From Syntrophales bacterium (GTDB taxonomy: Bacteria > Desulfobacterota > Syntrophia > Syntrophales > PHBD01): 64,000 bases of DNA. The stretch is from the NCBI GenBank assembly GCA_963668175.1, contig OY764159.1, forward strand, positions 288,001 through 352,000. The letters run 5' to 3'. The position numbers were made by a program, and so were the translations under genes. Below, one piece after another: positions 1 through 9,843 of the stretch. The notes under the pieces are model-generated. The model made no database searches, was not told the origin of the DNA, and saw only the letters and a list, made by a program, of their open reading frames with translations. The stretch's first letter is position 1; every line of letters starts with the position of its first letter.

Positions 1-225
1 TTCCCCTTGCACCCGTTCAGGGGATGCCTTCGGTTATTGACAATAATGAGGTCTCCGGGTTCCATGTCATCACGCTCCTCTCTTATTCATCTATTTCAGA
101 TAAAAGACAAAATGTCAAAACAAATCAACTTTTTGAAGCACTTCTTTTTTCCAATTTATCATAGACATCGCCAGATGGATGTGTTAAAAAGCCGCCGATC
201 ATCTATAATTAAAGGAGGATTAATT

Positions 226-1458
226 ATGGCAGAGAACAAGGTTTTTGGGATGTCGGCCGAATCGGGCCGATGGATTTATGTTGTCCTGGGTTTTATCATC
301 AATATCTGCTTGGGAAGCGTTTACGCTTACAGCGTCTTCAGAAAACCGGTCCAGACGCTGCTGAATGCGAGCGCAACCGAAGCCGGTATGCCCTTTACCG
401 TCTTTCTGGCCCTGTTTGCGACGATGGTTTTCTTTGGTGGGCAGATCATCGCTAAACTGGGCCCCAGAAACCTGGGCATCCTGGGTGGTATCGTGGTGGG
501 GGCCGGCTGGATTGCGGCCAGCCAGTCTACGAGCATCAACATGCTGACCATTACTTACGGACTGATCGGTGGTGCAGGTGTCGGATTGGCCTACGGAGTA
601 CCCCTGGCTTGTGTCGGGCGCTGGTTCCCCGATAAGCGCGGCCTCGCGCTGGGACTGACCTTGGCCGGATTTGGAGGCTCTCCATTCGTGTCCGCCAATG
701 TGGCCTCAGCCCTTATCAAAGCCTGCGGACCGATGGCGACTTTTCTATACATGGGGATCGCATTCCTGGCCATCGTTGTCATCCTTTTCATACCCTTCCG
801 CTATCCGGCAGACGGATGGAAACCCGCCGGCTGGACGCCCCCGGCGACATCGGCAAGCGCATCCGCCGATTTCAACATGAAGGAAATGGCCAAAACATCC
901 ACCTTTTACGGCCTCTTCCTTTGCTACATCATTGGTTGTCTTGCAGGGCTTATGGCTATCGGTATCTCCAGCCCCGTTGCCCAGGAAATCATCAAAATCC
1001 CGGCGGCGACGGCAGCCACTCTGGTCGGCGTATTCGCCATTTTCAACGGTGTCGGCAGACCCCTCTTTGGTGTCCTGACCGACAAGTTAACCCCCAGAGT
1101 CGCGGCGATTATATCCTTTATCATGATCATCGCCTGCTCGTTGGGTATGCTGGCGGCGGGCGAGGGTAGTCTCATGCTGTACGTGATCTGCTTCATCGGC
1201 TTCTGGCTTGTGCTCGGCGGCTGGCTGGCGATCGCCCCCACAGCGACGACGACTTTCTTCGGCGTTACGAATTATGCGAGAAACTATGGTCTCGTTTACT
1301 TTGCTTACGGCATCGGGGCGATTCTGGGCGGCATTATCTCGGGTGCGGCCAAGGATACCTTCGGTTCCTATGCCATCGCTTTTTACCCGACGGCGGGCTT
1401 GGCGGTCGTCGGTCTGATCATTGCTTTCGTGCTTTTAAAACCGCCGAAGAAGGCATAA
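226..1458 (+). CDS. MFS transporter, OFA (oxalate/formate antiporter / monocarboxylate) family
   Basis: About 12 hydrophobic segments; family-typical motifs GSVYAYSVF, RWFPDKRGLA and FNGVGR. Start moved to ATG 226, which follows an AAGGAGG RBS at 212-218. Confidence 0.88.
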   Translation: MAENKVFGMSAESGRWIYVVLGFIINICLGSVYAYSVFRKPVQTLLNASATEAGMPFTVFLALFATMVFFGGQIIAKLGPRNLGILGGIVVGAGWIAASQSTSINMLTITYGLIGGAGVGLAYGVPLACVGRWFPDKRGLALGLTLAGFGGSPFVSANVASALIKACGPMATFLYMGIAFLAIVVILFIPFRYPADGWKPAGWTPPATSASASADFNMKEMAKTSTFYGLFLCYIIGCLAGLMAIGISSPVAQEIIKIPAATAATLVGVFAIFNGVGRPLFGVLTDKLTPRVAAIISFIMIIACSLGMLAAGEGSLMLYVICFIGFWLVLGGWLAIAPTATTTFFGVTNYARNYGLVYFAYGIGAILGGIISGAAKDTFGSYAIAFYPTAGLAVVGLIIAFVLLKPPKKA

Positions 1459-1473
1459 CCTATCGATATTTAT

Positions 1474-1516
1474 AAAAAGAATCTCGCCGGTGTTTCCTGC
1501 CGGCGTTTTTCTTTTT
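1474..1516 (+). terminator. Intrinsic terminator after the MFS gene
   Basis: CGCCGG/CCGGCG stem flanked by an A-tract and a TTTTTCTTTTT tail. Confidence 0.7.
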
Positions 1517-1572
1517 GAACAGATGTGGCTGAACGCAACCCATGGACCCTAGGATACCGAAAAGAACTTTTA

Positions 1573-1619
1573 ATACAACATATTGTGTCTTCGATTTCCA
1601 TGCATACCGTTTGTTGTAT
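1573..1619. promoter_or_regulatory. Tandem NrdR-box-like sites upstream of smc
   Basis: ATACAACATATTGTGT (1573-1588) matches the consensus acaCwAtATaTwGtgt at 14/16. A weaker copy, ATACCGTTTGTTGTAT (1604-1619), starts 31 bp later. Confidence 0.65.
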
Positions 1620-1626
1620 TTAGCCC

Positions 1627-1655
1627 TTTACAAGTGATTATTCTTTTGTTAAATT
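1627..1655 (+). promoter_or_regulatory. Sigma70-type promoter of smc
   Basis: TTTACA, 17-nt spacer, then TAAATT with an extended -10 TG. Confidence 0.6.
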
Positions 1656-1688
1656 TCTCGCGCTTTCTGACAGAGGGCATTTACCCGT

Positions 1689-4600
1689 ATGAGACTAAAA
1701 CGCCTCGAAATAGCCGGTTTTAAATCCTTCCGCGACAGGGTCGTCCTCGACTTCCGGGGCGGCATCAGCGCCGTGGTCGGCCCCAACGGCTGCGGGAAGA
1801 GTAATATTGTCGACGCCATACGATGGGTCATGGGCGAGCAGCGCGTCAAGATGCTTCGCGGCAAGAAGATGGACGACGTCATCTTCAACGGCAGTGAAGG
1901 CGCATCGCCTGTCGGCTTGTCCGAGGTATGCATGACAATGTCGAGCGATGACGGACTGGGATTCACCGGCACTTATGTCGACTGCACCGAAGTCTCGATT
2001 ACGAGACGCCTCTTCCGGGATGGAGAAAGCGAATATGCCATCAACAACGTGCCCTGCCGGCTTCTCGATGTCCGGGAATTCTTCATGGGAACGGGCGTCG
2101 GCTCCAAAACGTACTCCCTGGTGGAACAAAACAGCGTCGCCTCCCTCGTCGAAGCGAAACCGGAAGAGAGAAGACAGTTCATCGAAGAGGCGGCAGGCAT
2201 TTCCAAGTATAAAAGCCGCAAGGAATCCGCCATAAGGAAGATGGAGGCCACCCAGCAGAATCTGGTCCGGGTGAACGACATCATCAGGGAAGTGAAAAAC
2301 CAATTGAACGCCCTGTCCCGACAGGCCAAAAGGGCGGAACAATACAGAACGCTGAGAAAGGGCATCAAGGAAACGGAGCTTACGATCCTGCTCCAGACAT
2401 CCGCCGACCTGGCCGAAAAGCGCGAAGGCCTGGAGATCGCCCTGACCTCCGTTCAGAACAGGGAATTGGAATCGAAAACCCGAGCCGAATCTCTGGAGGC
2501 GGAACTGGAACAGGCCAAGCTCGTCCTGTTGGATCACGAGAGCAAGGTTTCGGAAACACAGGAAAAGATTTACTCGATCAAAAACGAAATCGGCATCAAG
2601 GAACAGGCCATCAGCTTTCTTAAGCAAAAAAGCGAGGACCTCAGGGGCAGAAAGTCGAAAATCGAAACGGACCTGGAACGCCTGAGAAACCAACTGGAGG
2701 AAGCCGCCAAGGAGATGGAAGCCGTCCGGTCGGCCCACATTGCCTCCGATGAAGATATCGAGACCGCCGCCAAGGAAATAGATCAAATTCAATCTGCGCT
2801 GGAAACGCTGAAGGCCAATGACAAGGAAACACACAGAACCATTGAGGAAAAAAAGATTTCTTTCATCGACGTCGTGACCCGCAAGGCCAGCCTCAGGAAC
2901 TCCCTGACAAGCCTCATTAAAGGTGTTGAAGACTTGCAGAAACGGGGCGAGAAGAACACCCTGGAGAGAGAGGAGCAGGACAAGAGGCTGCAGAGCGCCC
3001 GAAGAACCCTGGAAGAAACCCAGGAAGGGCAGGCCGCGGATGAGGCGGCACTTGACGATCTGATCATCAGGAAAGGGGACGCTGCCGACGAACTGGAAAG
3101 GGTCAAGTCCGAACGCCAGGAACTGGAAGAAAAAATAACGGAAACCAAGGAAGAAATCAGCAAGATATCCGCCCGGCTGCAATCACTCCGTGAATTTCAG
3201 GAAGGATACGCCTGGTGCAGCGAATCGACCAAGACCCTCATGTCCGCAAGACAGTTTGAAGACCTGGAAGGGTTGAGGCGCGAAGATTTTCTGGGGCTGG
3301 TGGCCGATCATATCGATGTCCCCAAGGAGTATGAAACCGCCGTAGAGGCCGTCCTGGGAGAAAAGCTTCAATACATCCTCGTAAAGACCCAAAGGGAGGG
3401 CGTCAGGGCCATCGATTACCTCAAGAGTTATTCCCTTGGCCGGTGCAGTTTTGTTCCCCTTGAAGCCAGATATCATGTCTCGGGAACGGAATCGTGGGAA
3501 CACCTGAAAGACACGGTCAAACTGATCGATGTCGTGAAAACCTCGGATGACATCAGGGGCATCGCACCCACGCTATTGGGTGATGTTGTCTTGATTCCCG
3601 ACTTGTCGAAAGGGGTCCATCTCTGGAGGCAGAATGGTTTTATGGGCACCTTTGTCACGCCGGAAGGGGACATCATCACCCCTCAGGGCGTGCTGACGGG
3701 CGGAAGCAGGGCCAACGGCGAAAGGAGCCTTTTACAAAACAAGCGAGAGATCGCCGAACTGGATCATGAATTGAAGAGGTCGCTGGCCTCTCTTGAAGCC
3801 GACACCGAAACCAGGCGTCAGAAGAATGCCCAGATCGTCCAGTGGGAGGAAGAACTGGTCCAGTTGCGGTCCCGGATTCATCAGTGCGAAATCCAGATCA
3901 ACGGCAAGCGCAAAGACCTTGAACGCTTCGAGGACGAATGCCGCCGCTTGCAGCAGCGCCTCCACGTCCTTTCCCTTGATCAGGACAATCTGCTTTCCGA
4001 AATCGAGGAGGCGGCCGGCAAGAAAGAAGAGATCACCCGCGAGTTGTCGGCAACGGAAAAGGAAGAAGGCGATATCAACAGCGTGATCGCCGTCCTGCAG
4101 CAGCAATGGACGGACCTGCGCAGCGACGTGGAAAAGACGGAAGGCCGTCTGACCGAGAAGAAGGTCCACCTCGCATCCTTAAATCAAAAAAGGGAAGCGA
4201 ACAAGCAAACCATCGAGCGCCTGGAGGCAACCAGGACCCAGACATCCCTTGAGATCGAAGCAAGAACGGAGGAGGCGCGAACGGCGGAAGCCGAAGCGGA
4301 AGATGCCGCGGCACTTATCGCGGCCGATGAACAGGAGCTGGAGCGGCTATACGTTGGCCTTACGTCCGTAGAAGAATCGTTTTCCCACATGAAGGGATTG
4401 CAGCAGGAGAAGGAAGGTCTCGTGAAGGCTATTGAATCCCGAATCCGTGAGGCCGGGAATGCCCTTGAACGCATCAGAGAGGAATCGAAGGACCTGGAAG
4501 TCCAATATCGTGAAATCGCCTATCAATTGGACGGCATCAAGCAGACCATCCAGGAGAAGGACTTTGGCGATATTTCCCAGATTGTTGCCGACTTCGTGCG

Positions 4601-5261
4601 CCTGCCCGAGGAGGAGATCACGCGTTTAAGAGAACGGATCGCGAAGGACAGGCAGACTGTCGAGGGATTCGGAGAGGTCAACCTGCTTGCCATAGAGGAG
4701 TATGAACAGCTCAAGGAACGTCACGAGTTCCTTTCGACCCAGGCAGGGGACCTTAACACGTCCCTCAACGATCTCCAAAAGACCATTACGCAGATCAACC
4801 AGGTTTCCCGCAAACGTTTCGCCGAAACCTTCGAAGCGGTCAATGCCAGCTTCAAAGACGTCTTTGCCAGGTTGTTTCCCGGCGGCCGGGGAGAACTTAA
4901 GCTTACCGACGAGACGGACATGCTCGAAACGGGCGTCGATATCGACATCCAGGTTCCCGGAAAGCGGGCCCAGAACATCACGCTATTATCCGGAGGAGAG
5001 AAATCGCTCGCGGCCATCGCCCTGATCTTCGCGATCATTCTTCATCGTCCCTCGCCCTTCCTGTTGCTCGACGAGGTGGACGCCGCCCTGGACGATGCCA
5101 ATATTTCCCTGTTCAACAATCTGCTCAAGGATATTGCCGCCCACTCCCAGATCATGATGGTCACCCATAACAAGCGCTCCATGGAAGTCGCCAGCCATTT
5201 GTATGGAATAACGATGCAACAGCAGGGCGTATCGACCGTTGTGTCCGTCAACCTCCAATAG
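1689..5261 (+). CDS. smc: Chromosome segregation protein SMC
   Basis: GFKSF, Walker A GPNGCGKSN, long coiled coils, central hinge, LSGGE signature, Walker B LLDEVDAALD. Confidence 0.97.
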   Translation: MRLKRLEIAGFKSFRDRVVLDFRGGISAVVGPNGCGKSNIVDAIRWVMGEQRVKMLRGKKMDDVIFNGSEGASPVGLSEVCMTMSSDDGLGFTGTYVDCTEVSITRRLFRDGESEYAINNVPCRLLDVREFFMGTGVGSKTYSLVEQNSVASLVEAKPEERRQFIEEAAGISKYKSRKESAIRKMEATQQNLVRVNDIIREVKNQLNALSRQAKRAEQYRTLRKGIKETELTILLQTSADLAEKREGLEIALTSVQNRELESKTRAESLEAELEQAKLVLLDHESKVSETQEKIYSIKNEIGIKEQAISFLKQKSEDLRGRKSKIETDLERLRNQLEEAAKEMEAVRSAHIASDEDIETAAKEIDQIQSALETLKANDKETHRTIEEKKISFIDVVTRKASLRNSLTSLIKGVEDLQKRGEKNTLEREEQDKRLQSARRTLEETQEGQAADEAALDDLIIRKGDAADELERVKSERQELEEKITETKEEISKISARLQSLREFQEGYAWCSESTKTLMSARQFEDLEGLRREDFLGLVADHIDVPKEYETAVEAVLGEKLQYILVKTQREGVRAIDYLKSYSLGRCSFVPLEARYHVSGTESWEHLKDTVKLIDVVKTSDDIRGIAPTLLGDVVLIPDLSKGVHLWRQNGFMGTFVTPEGDIITPQGVLTGGSRANGERSLLQNKREIAELDHELKRSLASLEADTETRRQKNAQIVQWEEELVQLRSRIHQCEIQINGKRKDLERFEDECRRLQQRLHVLSLDQDNLLSEIEEAAGKKEEITRELSATEKEEGDINSVIAVLQQQWTDLRSDVEKTEGRLTEKKVHLASLNQKREANKQTIERLEATRTQTSLEIEARTEEARTAEAEAEDAAALIAADEQELERLYVGLTSVEESFSHMKGLQQEKEGLVKAIESRIREAGNALERIREESKDLEVQYREIAYQLDGIKQTIQEKDFGDISQIVADFVRLPEEEITRLRERIAKDRQTVEGFGEVNLLAIEEYEQLKERHEFLSTQAGDLNTSLNDLQKTITQINQVSRKRFAETFEAVNASFKDVFARLFPGGRGELKLTDETDMLETGVDIDIQVPGKRAQNITLLSGGEKSLAAIALIFAIILHRPSPFLLLDEVDAALDDANISLFNNLLKDIAAHSQIMMVTHNKRSMEVASHLYGITMQQQGVSTVVSVNLQ

Positions 5262-5448
5262 CCGTCCCGCCTGTTTTCGGAGGAAACCCCTTCATTCAAA
5301 AACCGAAAGAGAGGGCCGTCCTGATGCATGTCGGACTGGCGCCTCCAGCATTCGGAATCACGGTCATTGTTTTCGCGACGGCGGATTCCATCTTTACAAC
5401 ACCGGTCAAACATGGTTATAAGATTTTTTCATTTCATCAGGGTGCAAC

Positions 5449-6378
5449 ATGGGAATAGACAGAGACAGCAAAGGGTTCTTCGGGAGGCTCAAACAGGGCC
5501 TCGCCAAAACGAAACAGTTCCTTCTCACCGATGTCGAGGATCTTCTGCAAAAGAAGGAGATCGGCCAGGAGCTCTTCGACGAGTTGGAAGCCGTGTTGAT
5601 TGCCGCCGATATCGGACCTGCCTTCACTTATGACCTGATCGAGAAGATGAAGGATAAGGTCAAGCGCAAGGAGCTCGATAAACCGGAGTTGCTAAAGAAG
5701 GTCCTCCGGGATGCCATGACGGAGATATTAAAGGCCTCATCCTCACCGCTGACCATTCCCCGCGACGGCATCTTCACGATCATGGTCGTCGGCGTCAACG
5801 GCACCGGAAAAACGACGACCATCGGAAAGCTCGCCCATCAGTTGAAGAATGAAGGACGATCGGTCATGCTGGCCGCAGCCGATACCTTCCGGGCGGCGGC
5901 AATAGAACAGCTGGAGGTATGGAGCAAGCGCGTCAACGTCCCCCTGGTCAAACAGCAAACCGGGTCCGATCCTTCCGCCGTCGTGTATGATGCCCTGTCG
6001 GCAGCCAAGGCCTCCAAGAGCGAGATCGTCATCATCGATACGGCAGGCAGACTGCACACGAAGATCAACCTGATGGAAGAGCTGAAGAAGATGAAAAGAA
6101 TCATGGGGCGCGAGCTTCCCGGCGCACCGCATGAAACCCTCCTGGTCCTGGATGCCACGACGGGCCAGAACGCGATCTCCCAGGCCAAAATGTTCAACAG
6201 CGAAATCGGCCTTTCCGGCATTGTCCTGACCAAGCTTGACGGCACCTCGAAAGGCGGAATGGTCATCCGTATCGCCCGGGAACTTCAAATCCCCATCCTC
6301 TACATCGGCATCGGCGAAGGGCTGGAAGACCTGCGTCCATTCAACGCCGAGGAGTTCGTCAACGCCATATTCGAGTAG
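5449..6378 (+). CDS. ftsY: SRP receptor FtsY (NG domain only, no acidic N-terminal domain)
   Basis: GVNGTGKTT, DTFRAAA, DTAGR and TKLDG motifs. Confidence 0.97.
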   Translation: MGIDRDSKGFFGRLKQGLAKTKQFLLTDVEDLLQKKEIGQELFDELEAVLIAADIGPAFTYDLIEKMKDKVKRKELDKPELLKKVLRDAMTEILKASSSPLTIPRDGIFTIMVVGVNGTGKTTTIGKLAHQLKNEGRSVMLAAADTFRAAAIEQLEVWSKRVNVPLVKQQTGSDPSAVVYDALSAAKASKSEIVIIDTAGRLHTKINLMEELKKMKRIMGRELPGAPHETLLVLDATTGQNAISQAKMFNSEIGLSGIVLTKLDGTSKGGMVIRIARELQIPILYIGIGEGLEDLRPFNAEEFVNAIFE

Positions 6379-6419
6379 CCGTCTGATTTGGCGATACAGT
6401 CGCAACGGGAAAGAACGTC

Positions 6420-7061
6420 ATGAAAAAACTTTTCGCCATAGGCGATATTCATGGTTGCGCCTCCAAACTCATGGATATCCTGCATAAGGTCTCCATTAAC
6501 GCCGACCGCGACACCCTGGTCTTTATCGGCGATTATATCGACCGGGGACCCCATTCCAAGGAAGTCGTCGACATCATCCTGGGTATCAAAAAACGCGTGA
6601 GAGACGTCATCTGTCTGATAGGCAACCATGAGCATATGCTGATCAATTACCATCTTCACGGGACCGGGGAAGAGATGTTTTTCCAGAACGGGGGCGACGT
6701 CACCGCCCACGCCTATGGACTCAAGCGAACGGCACAACGAACAAAGATGAATATCCCCGAGGAACATCTCGCCTTCTATCAGTCTCTTCTTCCATATTAT
6801 GAAACGGAGCATTTCATTTTCGTCCACGCCGGACTGAGACCGGGTATCCCTTTGAGCGGCCAGCACATGGAAGATGTCATCTGGATAAGAAACGACTTTA
6901 TCAAATCGACGTACGATTTCGGCAAGAGAGTAGTCTTCGGCCACACTCCTATATCTAAGCCCCTGATTGAAAAGAATAAGATCGGCATCGACACCGGTGC
7001 CGTTTACGGCGGCAAACTCACCTGCATCGAGTTGACCGAGATGAAAATCGAACAAGTATGA
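6420..7061 (+). CDS. PPP-family metallophosphoesterase (lambda-phosphatase / PrpA-like Ser/Thr phosphatase)
   Basis: GDIHG, GDYIDRG, GNHE, VHAG, GHTP and IDTG motifs. Confidence 0.9.
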   Translation: MKKLFAIGDIHGCASKLMDILHKVSINADRDTLVFIGDYIDRGPHSKEVVDIILGIKKRVRDVICLIGNHEHMLINYHLHGTGEEMFFQNGGDVTAHAYGLKRTAQRTKMNIPEEHLAFYQSLLPYYETEHFIFVHAGLRPGIPLSGQHMEDVIWIRNDFIKSTYDFGKRVVFGHTPISKPLIEKNKIGIDTGAVYGGKLTCIELTEMKIEQV

Positions 7062-7972
7062 ACCCCATGAAAATCATTGAATGTGTGCCGAATTTCAGTG
7101 AGGGGAGGCATCGGGATAAGGTCGAGGAGATGGTGGCGGCACTCCTGTCCGTCCCCGGTATTTCGCTGCTCAATGCCTGCCTGGACGCTGACCATAACCG
7201 CTCTGTTGTGACCTTCATCGGCGCTCCGGATGCCGTCCTCGCCGGTGCGCTGGTCATCTGCAGCAAAGCATGCGAAATCATTGACATGCGTCTCCACAAG
7301 GGGGAACACCCGCGGATCGGCGCCATCGATGTCGTCCCGTTCGTTCCCCTTGCCGGCGCCGCCATGGCCGATGCCGTCGATATCGCCCATCGTTTCGGCC
7401 GGACCTTCGCCGCCAGGAATCATGTACCGGTCTATTTCTATGGCGAGGCGGCCCTGGAAGCCCACCGGAAAAACCTGGCCGACATTCGCCGTGGAGGTTA
7501 CGAACGGCTCCATGAGAAGATATATGAGGCGGCCTGGCGACCGGATGCAGGAGGTACGGCGTTTAACGAGCGGTCGGGAGTGACGGCCGTCGGGGCCAGG
7601 ATGCCGCTTATCGCCTACAACGTCAACCTGAAGACCTCCGACAAGGATATCGCCAGGGCTATCGCCGGGGCTATCAGGGAATCGGGCGGGGGGCTGCCCC
7701 ATGTGAAAGCCCTCGGCATTTACCTTGAGAGCAGGAACCTGGCTCAGGTCTCTATGAACCTGACGGACTTCCGGATCACGTCTCCCCGGAAAGTCTTCGA
7801 TCTCATCCGGGAAAAGGCACGGGCTCTGAATACGGATGTCCTCGAATCGGAGCTCATCGGACTCATCCCGCAGGAAGCCCTCAAAGATACATCACCGGAA
7901 TATTTGATGATAACCGGTTTTACCGAGGATAGAATTCTCGAAAACCACATGCCGGACGATTTTGGTTCTTAA
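7058..7972 (+). CDS. ftcd: Glutamate formimidoyltransferase (FTCD N-terminal-type)
   Basis: ECVPNFSEGR, DADHNRSV, GEHPRIGAIDVVPF and AQVSMNL motifs; ATGA overlap with the upstream gene. Confidence 0.92.
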   Translation: MNPMKIIECVPNFSEGRHRDKVEEMVAALLSVPGISLLNACLDADHNRSVVTFIGAPDAVLAGALVICSKACEIIDMRLHKGEHPRIGAIDVVPFVPLAGAAMADAVDIAHRFGRTFAARNHVPVYFYGEAALEAHRKNLADIRRGGYERLHEKIYEAAWRPDAGGTAFNERSGVTAVGARMPLIAYNVNLKTSDKDIARAIAGAIRESGGGLPHVKALGIYLESRNLAQVSMNLTDFRITSPRKVFDLIREKARALNTDVLESELIGLIPQEALKDTSPEYLMITGFTEDRILENHMPDDFGS

Positions 7973-8067
7973 GGAGCACATGTCCCTTATCTTTATGCCC
8001 AGCCTGAAGGCCGGATCGCGGCTTGCTTTTTTTCACAGGGCATCATAAAAGATCCATGGAGCTTGCG

Positions 8068-8526
8068 ATGTTGACGGACAAGGAAAAAAAGGTGGCCGCC
8101 TATATACAGAAAGACATCCCCCTCGTGGAAAGCCCTTTCGCGCAGGCAGCTTCCGAGCTGGGCATCCCCGAGAAGGAGATCATCGCGATCACGGAAGATC
8201 TCATGAAAAGGGGTATTATCAGGAAATTCGGCGCCATTCTCCGGCATCAAAAAGCGGGCTATACAAGAAACATCATGGTGGTCTGGGCCGTTCCGGAGGA
8301 CCGTTGCGACAAGACCGGCACCCTTCTGTCCGCCTTTCCTCAGGTAACGCACTGCTATCGGCGGACACCGCCTTTCGAGGGGAAATACAACATCTTCACC
8401 ATGGTCCATCTGCAGAGCGAAAGCGACACGATTATCGATACGCTTTCCCTGGCGGCGGGGATCGACGACTACAAGGCCCTTGCAAGCGAAGAAGAGTATA
8501 AAAAAAGCAGCATGGAGTACTTCTAA
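8068..8526 (+). CDS. ahbB: Siroheme decarboxylase subunit (AhbB/NirH-like, Lrp/AsnC fold)
   Basis: HTH-like N-terminus, [28 protein letters not shown] and YKKSSMEYF; adjacent to hemL. Confidence 0.82.
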   Translation: MLTDKEKKVAAYIQKDIPLVESPFAQAASELGIPEKEIIAITEDLMKRGIIRKFGAILRHQKAGYTRNIMVVWAVPEDRCDKTGTLLSAFPQVTHCYRRTPPFEGKYNIFTMVHLQSESDTIIDTLSLAAGIDDYKALASEEEYKKSSMEYF

Positions 8527-8527
8527 T

Positions 8528-9811
8528 ATGGGATCGACATCGAAGGCGCTTTTTGAGAGAGCACAACAGGTCATACCGGGGGGCGTCAACAGCCCCGTCC
8601 GGGCGTTCAAATCCGTGAACGCCTCGCCGATATTCATTGAAAAAGCAGCCGGTTCACGCATTTACGACGTGGATGGTAAAGAGTATGTGGACTTTGTCCT
8701 GTCCTGGGGGCCCATGATCCTCGGCCATGCGAATCCGTTCGTCACGGCGGCGATCGGGGAGGCCCTCAAGGGAGGAACGAGCTACGGAGCCCCGACCGAA
8801 CGGGAAGTTGAACTGGCGCAGCTGATCACCGAGGCCTTCCCTTCCATCGACATGGTCCGTATGGTGAACTCCGGGACGGAAGCGGTCATGAGCGCCATCC
8901 GCCTGGCGAGAGGCTTTACCGGCCGGGACAAGATCCTGAAATTCGAAGGCTGCTACCACGGACACGCCGATTCCCTGCTGGTCAAGGCCGGTTCCGGCGT
9001 CGCAACGTTTGGAATCCCGGGCAGCCCCGGCGTACCCAAGGCATTGGCCGAACTGACCATCACGGTCCCCTTCAACGATGCCGACGCCTTCCGGCAGGCC
9101 GTCGCACAACACGGCTCCGACCTGGCGGCCGTCATCATCGAACCTGTCGCCGGGAATATGGGCGTCGTTCCTCCTAAACCGGGTTATCTCAAATCCATCC
9201 GGGAGCTGACATCGCAAAACGGCATCGTCCTGATCCTGGACGAAGTGATTACGGGTTTCCGTTTCCATTACGGCGGCTATCAGACCATAGCCGATATTCA
9301 ACCCGACCTGACCTGCCTCGGCAAGATTATCGGCGGCGGCCTGCCGGTAGGAGCCTTTGGCGGCAGGCAAGACATTATGGAGCAATTGGCCCCGGCCGGC
9401 AATGTCTACCAGGCGGGGACCCTGTCCGGAAATCCCCTGGCCATGGCTGCAGGCATCGCCACCCTGACAGCCCTCAGGGAGAGCGCCGACTACTACGAAC
9501 TTCTCAATAGAAAGGCCTTCAGTCTCTGCGACGACATGCGATCCGCCTTCGAGCGGAAGGGCCTTCCCGTACAGATCAACTTTGCCGGTTCCATATTTAC
9601 CCTGTTCTTTACGGACCGGGAGGTCGTCGATTATGCCACGGCCGCCATGAGCGACACGAAACTCTTTGCCCGGTATTTCGCCGGCATGCTGGAAAACGGC
9701 ATCAACATCGCGCCATCCCAGTTTGAGGCATCTTTCCTCTCGTTTGCCCATACGGACGAGGATTTCGAGAAGACCCTCGAAGCCTGCGACAGGACGCTGA
9801 AAAGCCTGTAA
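8528..9811 (+). CDS. hemL: Glutamate-1-semialdehyde 2,1-aminomutase
   Basis: [37 protein letters not shown] and [10 protein letters not shown] motifs. Confidence 0.97.
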   Translation: MGSTSKALFERAQQVIPGGVNSPVRAFKSVNASPIFIEKAAGSRIYDVDGKEYVDFVLSWGPMILGHANPFVTAAIGEALKGGTSYGAPTEREVELAQLITEAFPSIDMVRMVNSGTEAVMSAIRLARGFTGRDKILKFEGCYHGHADSLLVKAGSGVATFGIPGSPGVPKALAELTITVPFNDADAFRQAVAQHGSDLAAVIIEPVAGNMGVVPPKPGYLKSIRELTSQNGIVLILDEVITGFRFHYGGYQTIADIQPDLTCLGKIIGGGLPVGAFGGRQDIMEQLAPAGNVYQAGTLSGNPLAMAAGIATLTALRESADYYELLNRKAFSLCDDMRSAFERKGLPVQINFAGSIFTLFFTDREVVDYATAAMSDTKLFARYFAGMLENGINIAPSQFEASFLSFAHTDEDFEKTLEACDRTLKSL

Positions 9812-9843
9812 TGACGGCCCGAGGAAGAAATATACGCTGCCCC

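Noticed and set aside
7..225. 73-aa N-terminal extension of the MFS ORF
   Set aside because: A strong RBS precedes ATG 226 and the upstream sequence looks like AT-rich promoter DNA.
1695..3182. 495-aa antisense ORF inside smc (similar long shadow ORFs at 8654-9751, 17407-18843, 35612-36850, 57154-58332 and 59279-60340)
   Set aside because: Each lies almost wholly antisense to a conserved gene and has no motifs. Such ORFs are an expected by-product of codon bias.
5262..5448. Possible ncRNA (for example SRP RNA) between smc and ftsY
   Set aside because: The conserved SRP helix-8 motif was not found; only weak hairpins are present.
8008..8033. Small hairpin plus T-tract between ftcd and ahbB
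   Set aside because: The stem is only about 6 bp with a wobble pair and is separated from the T-tract; too weak to call a terminator.
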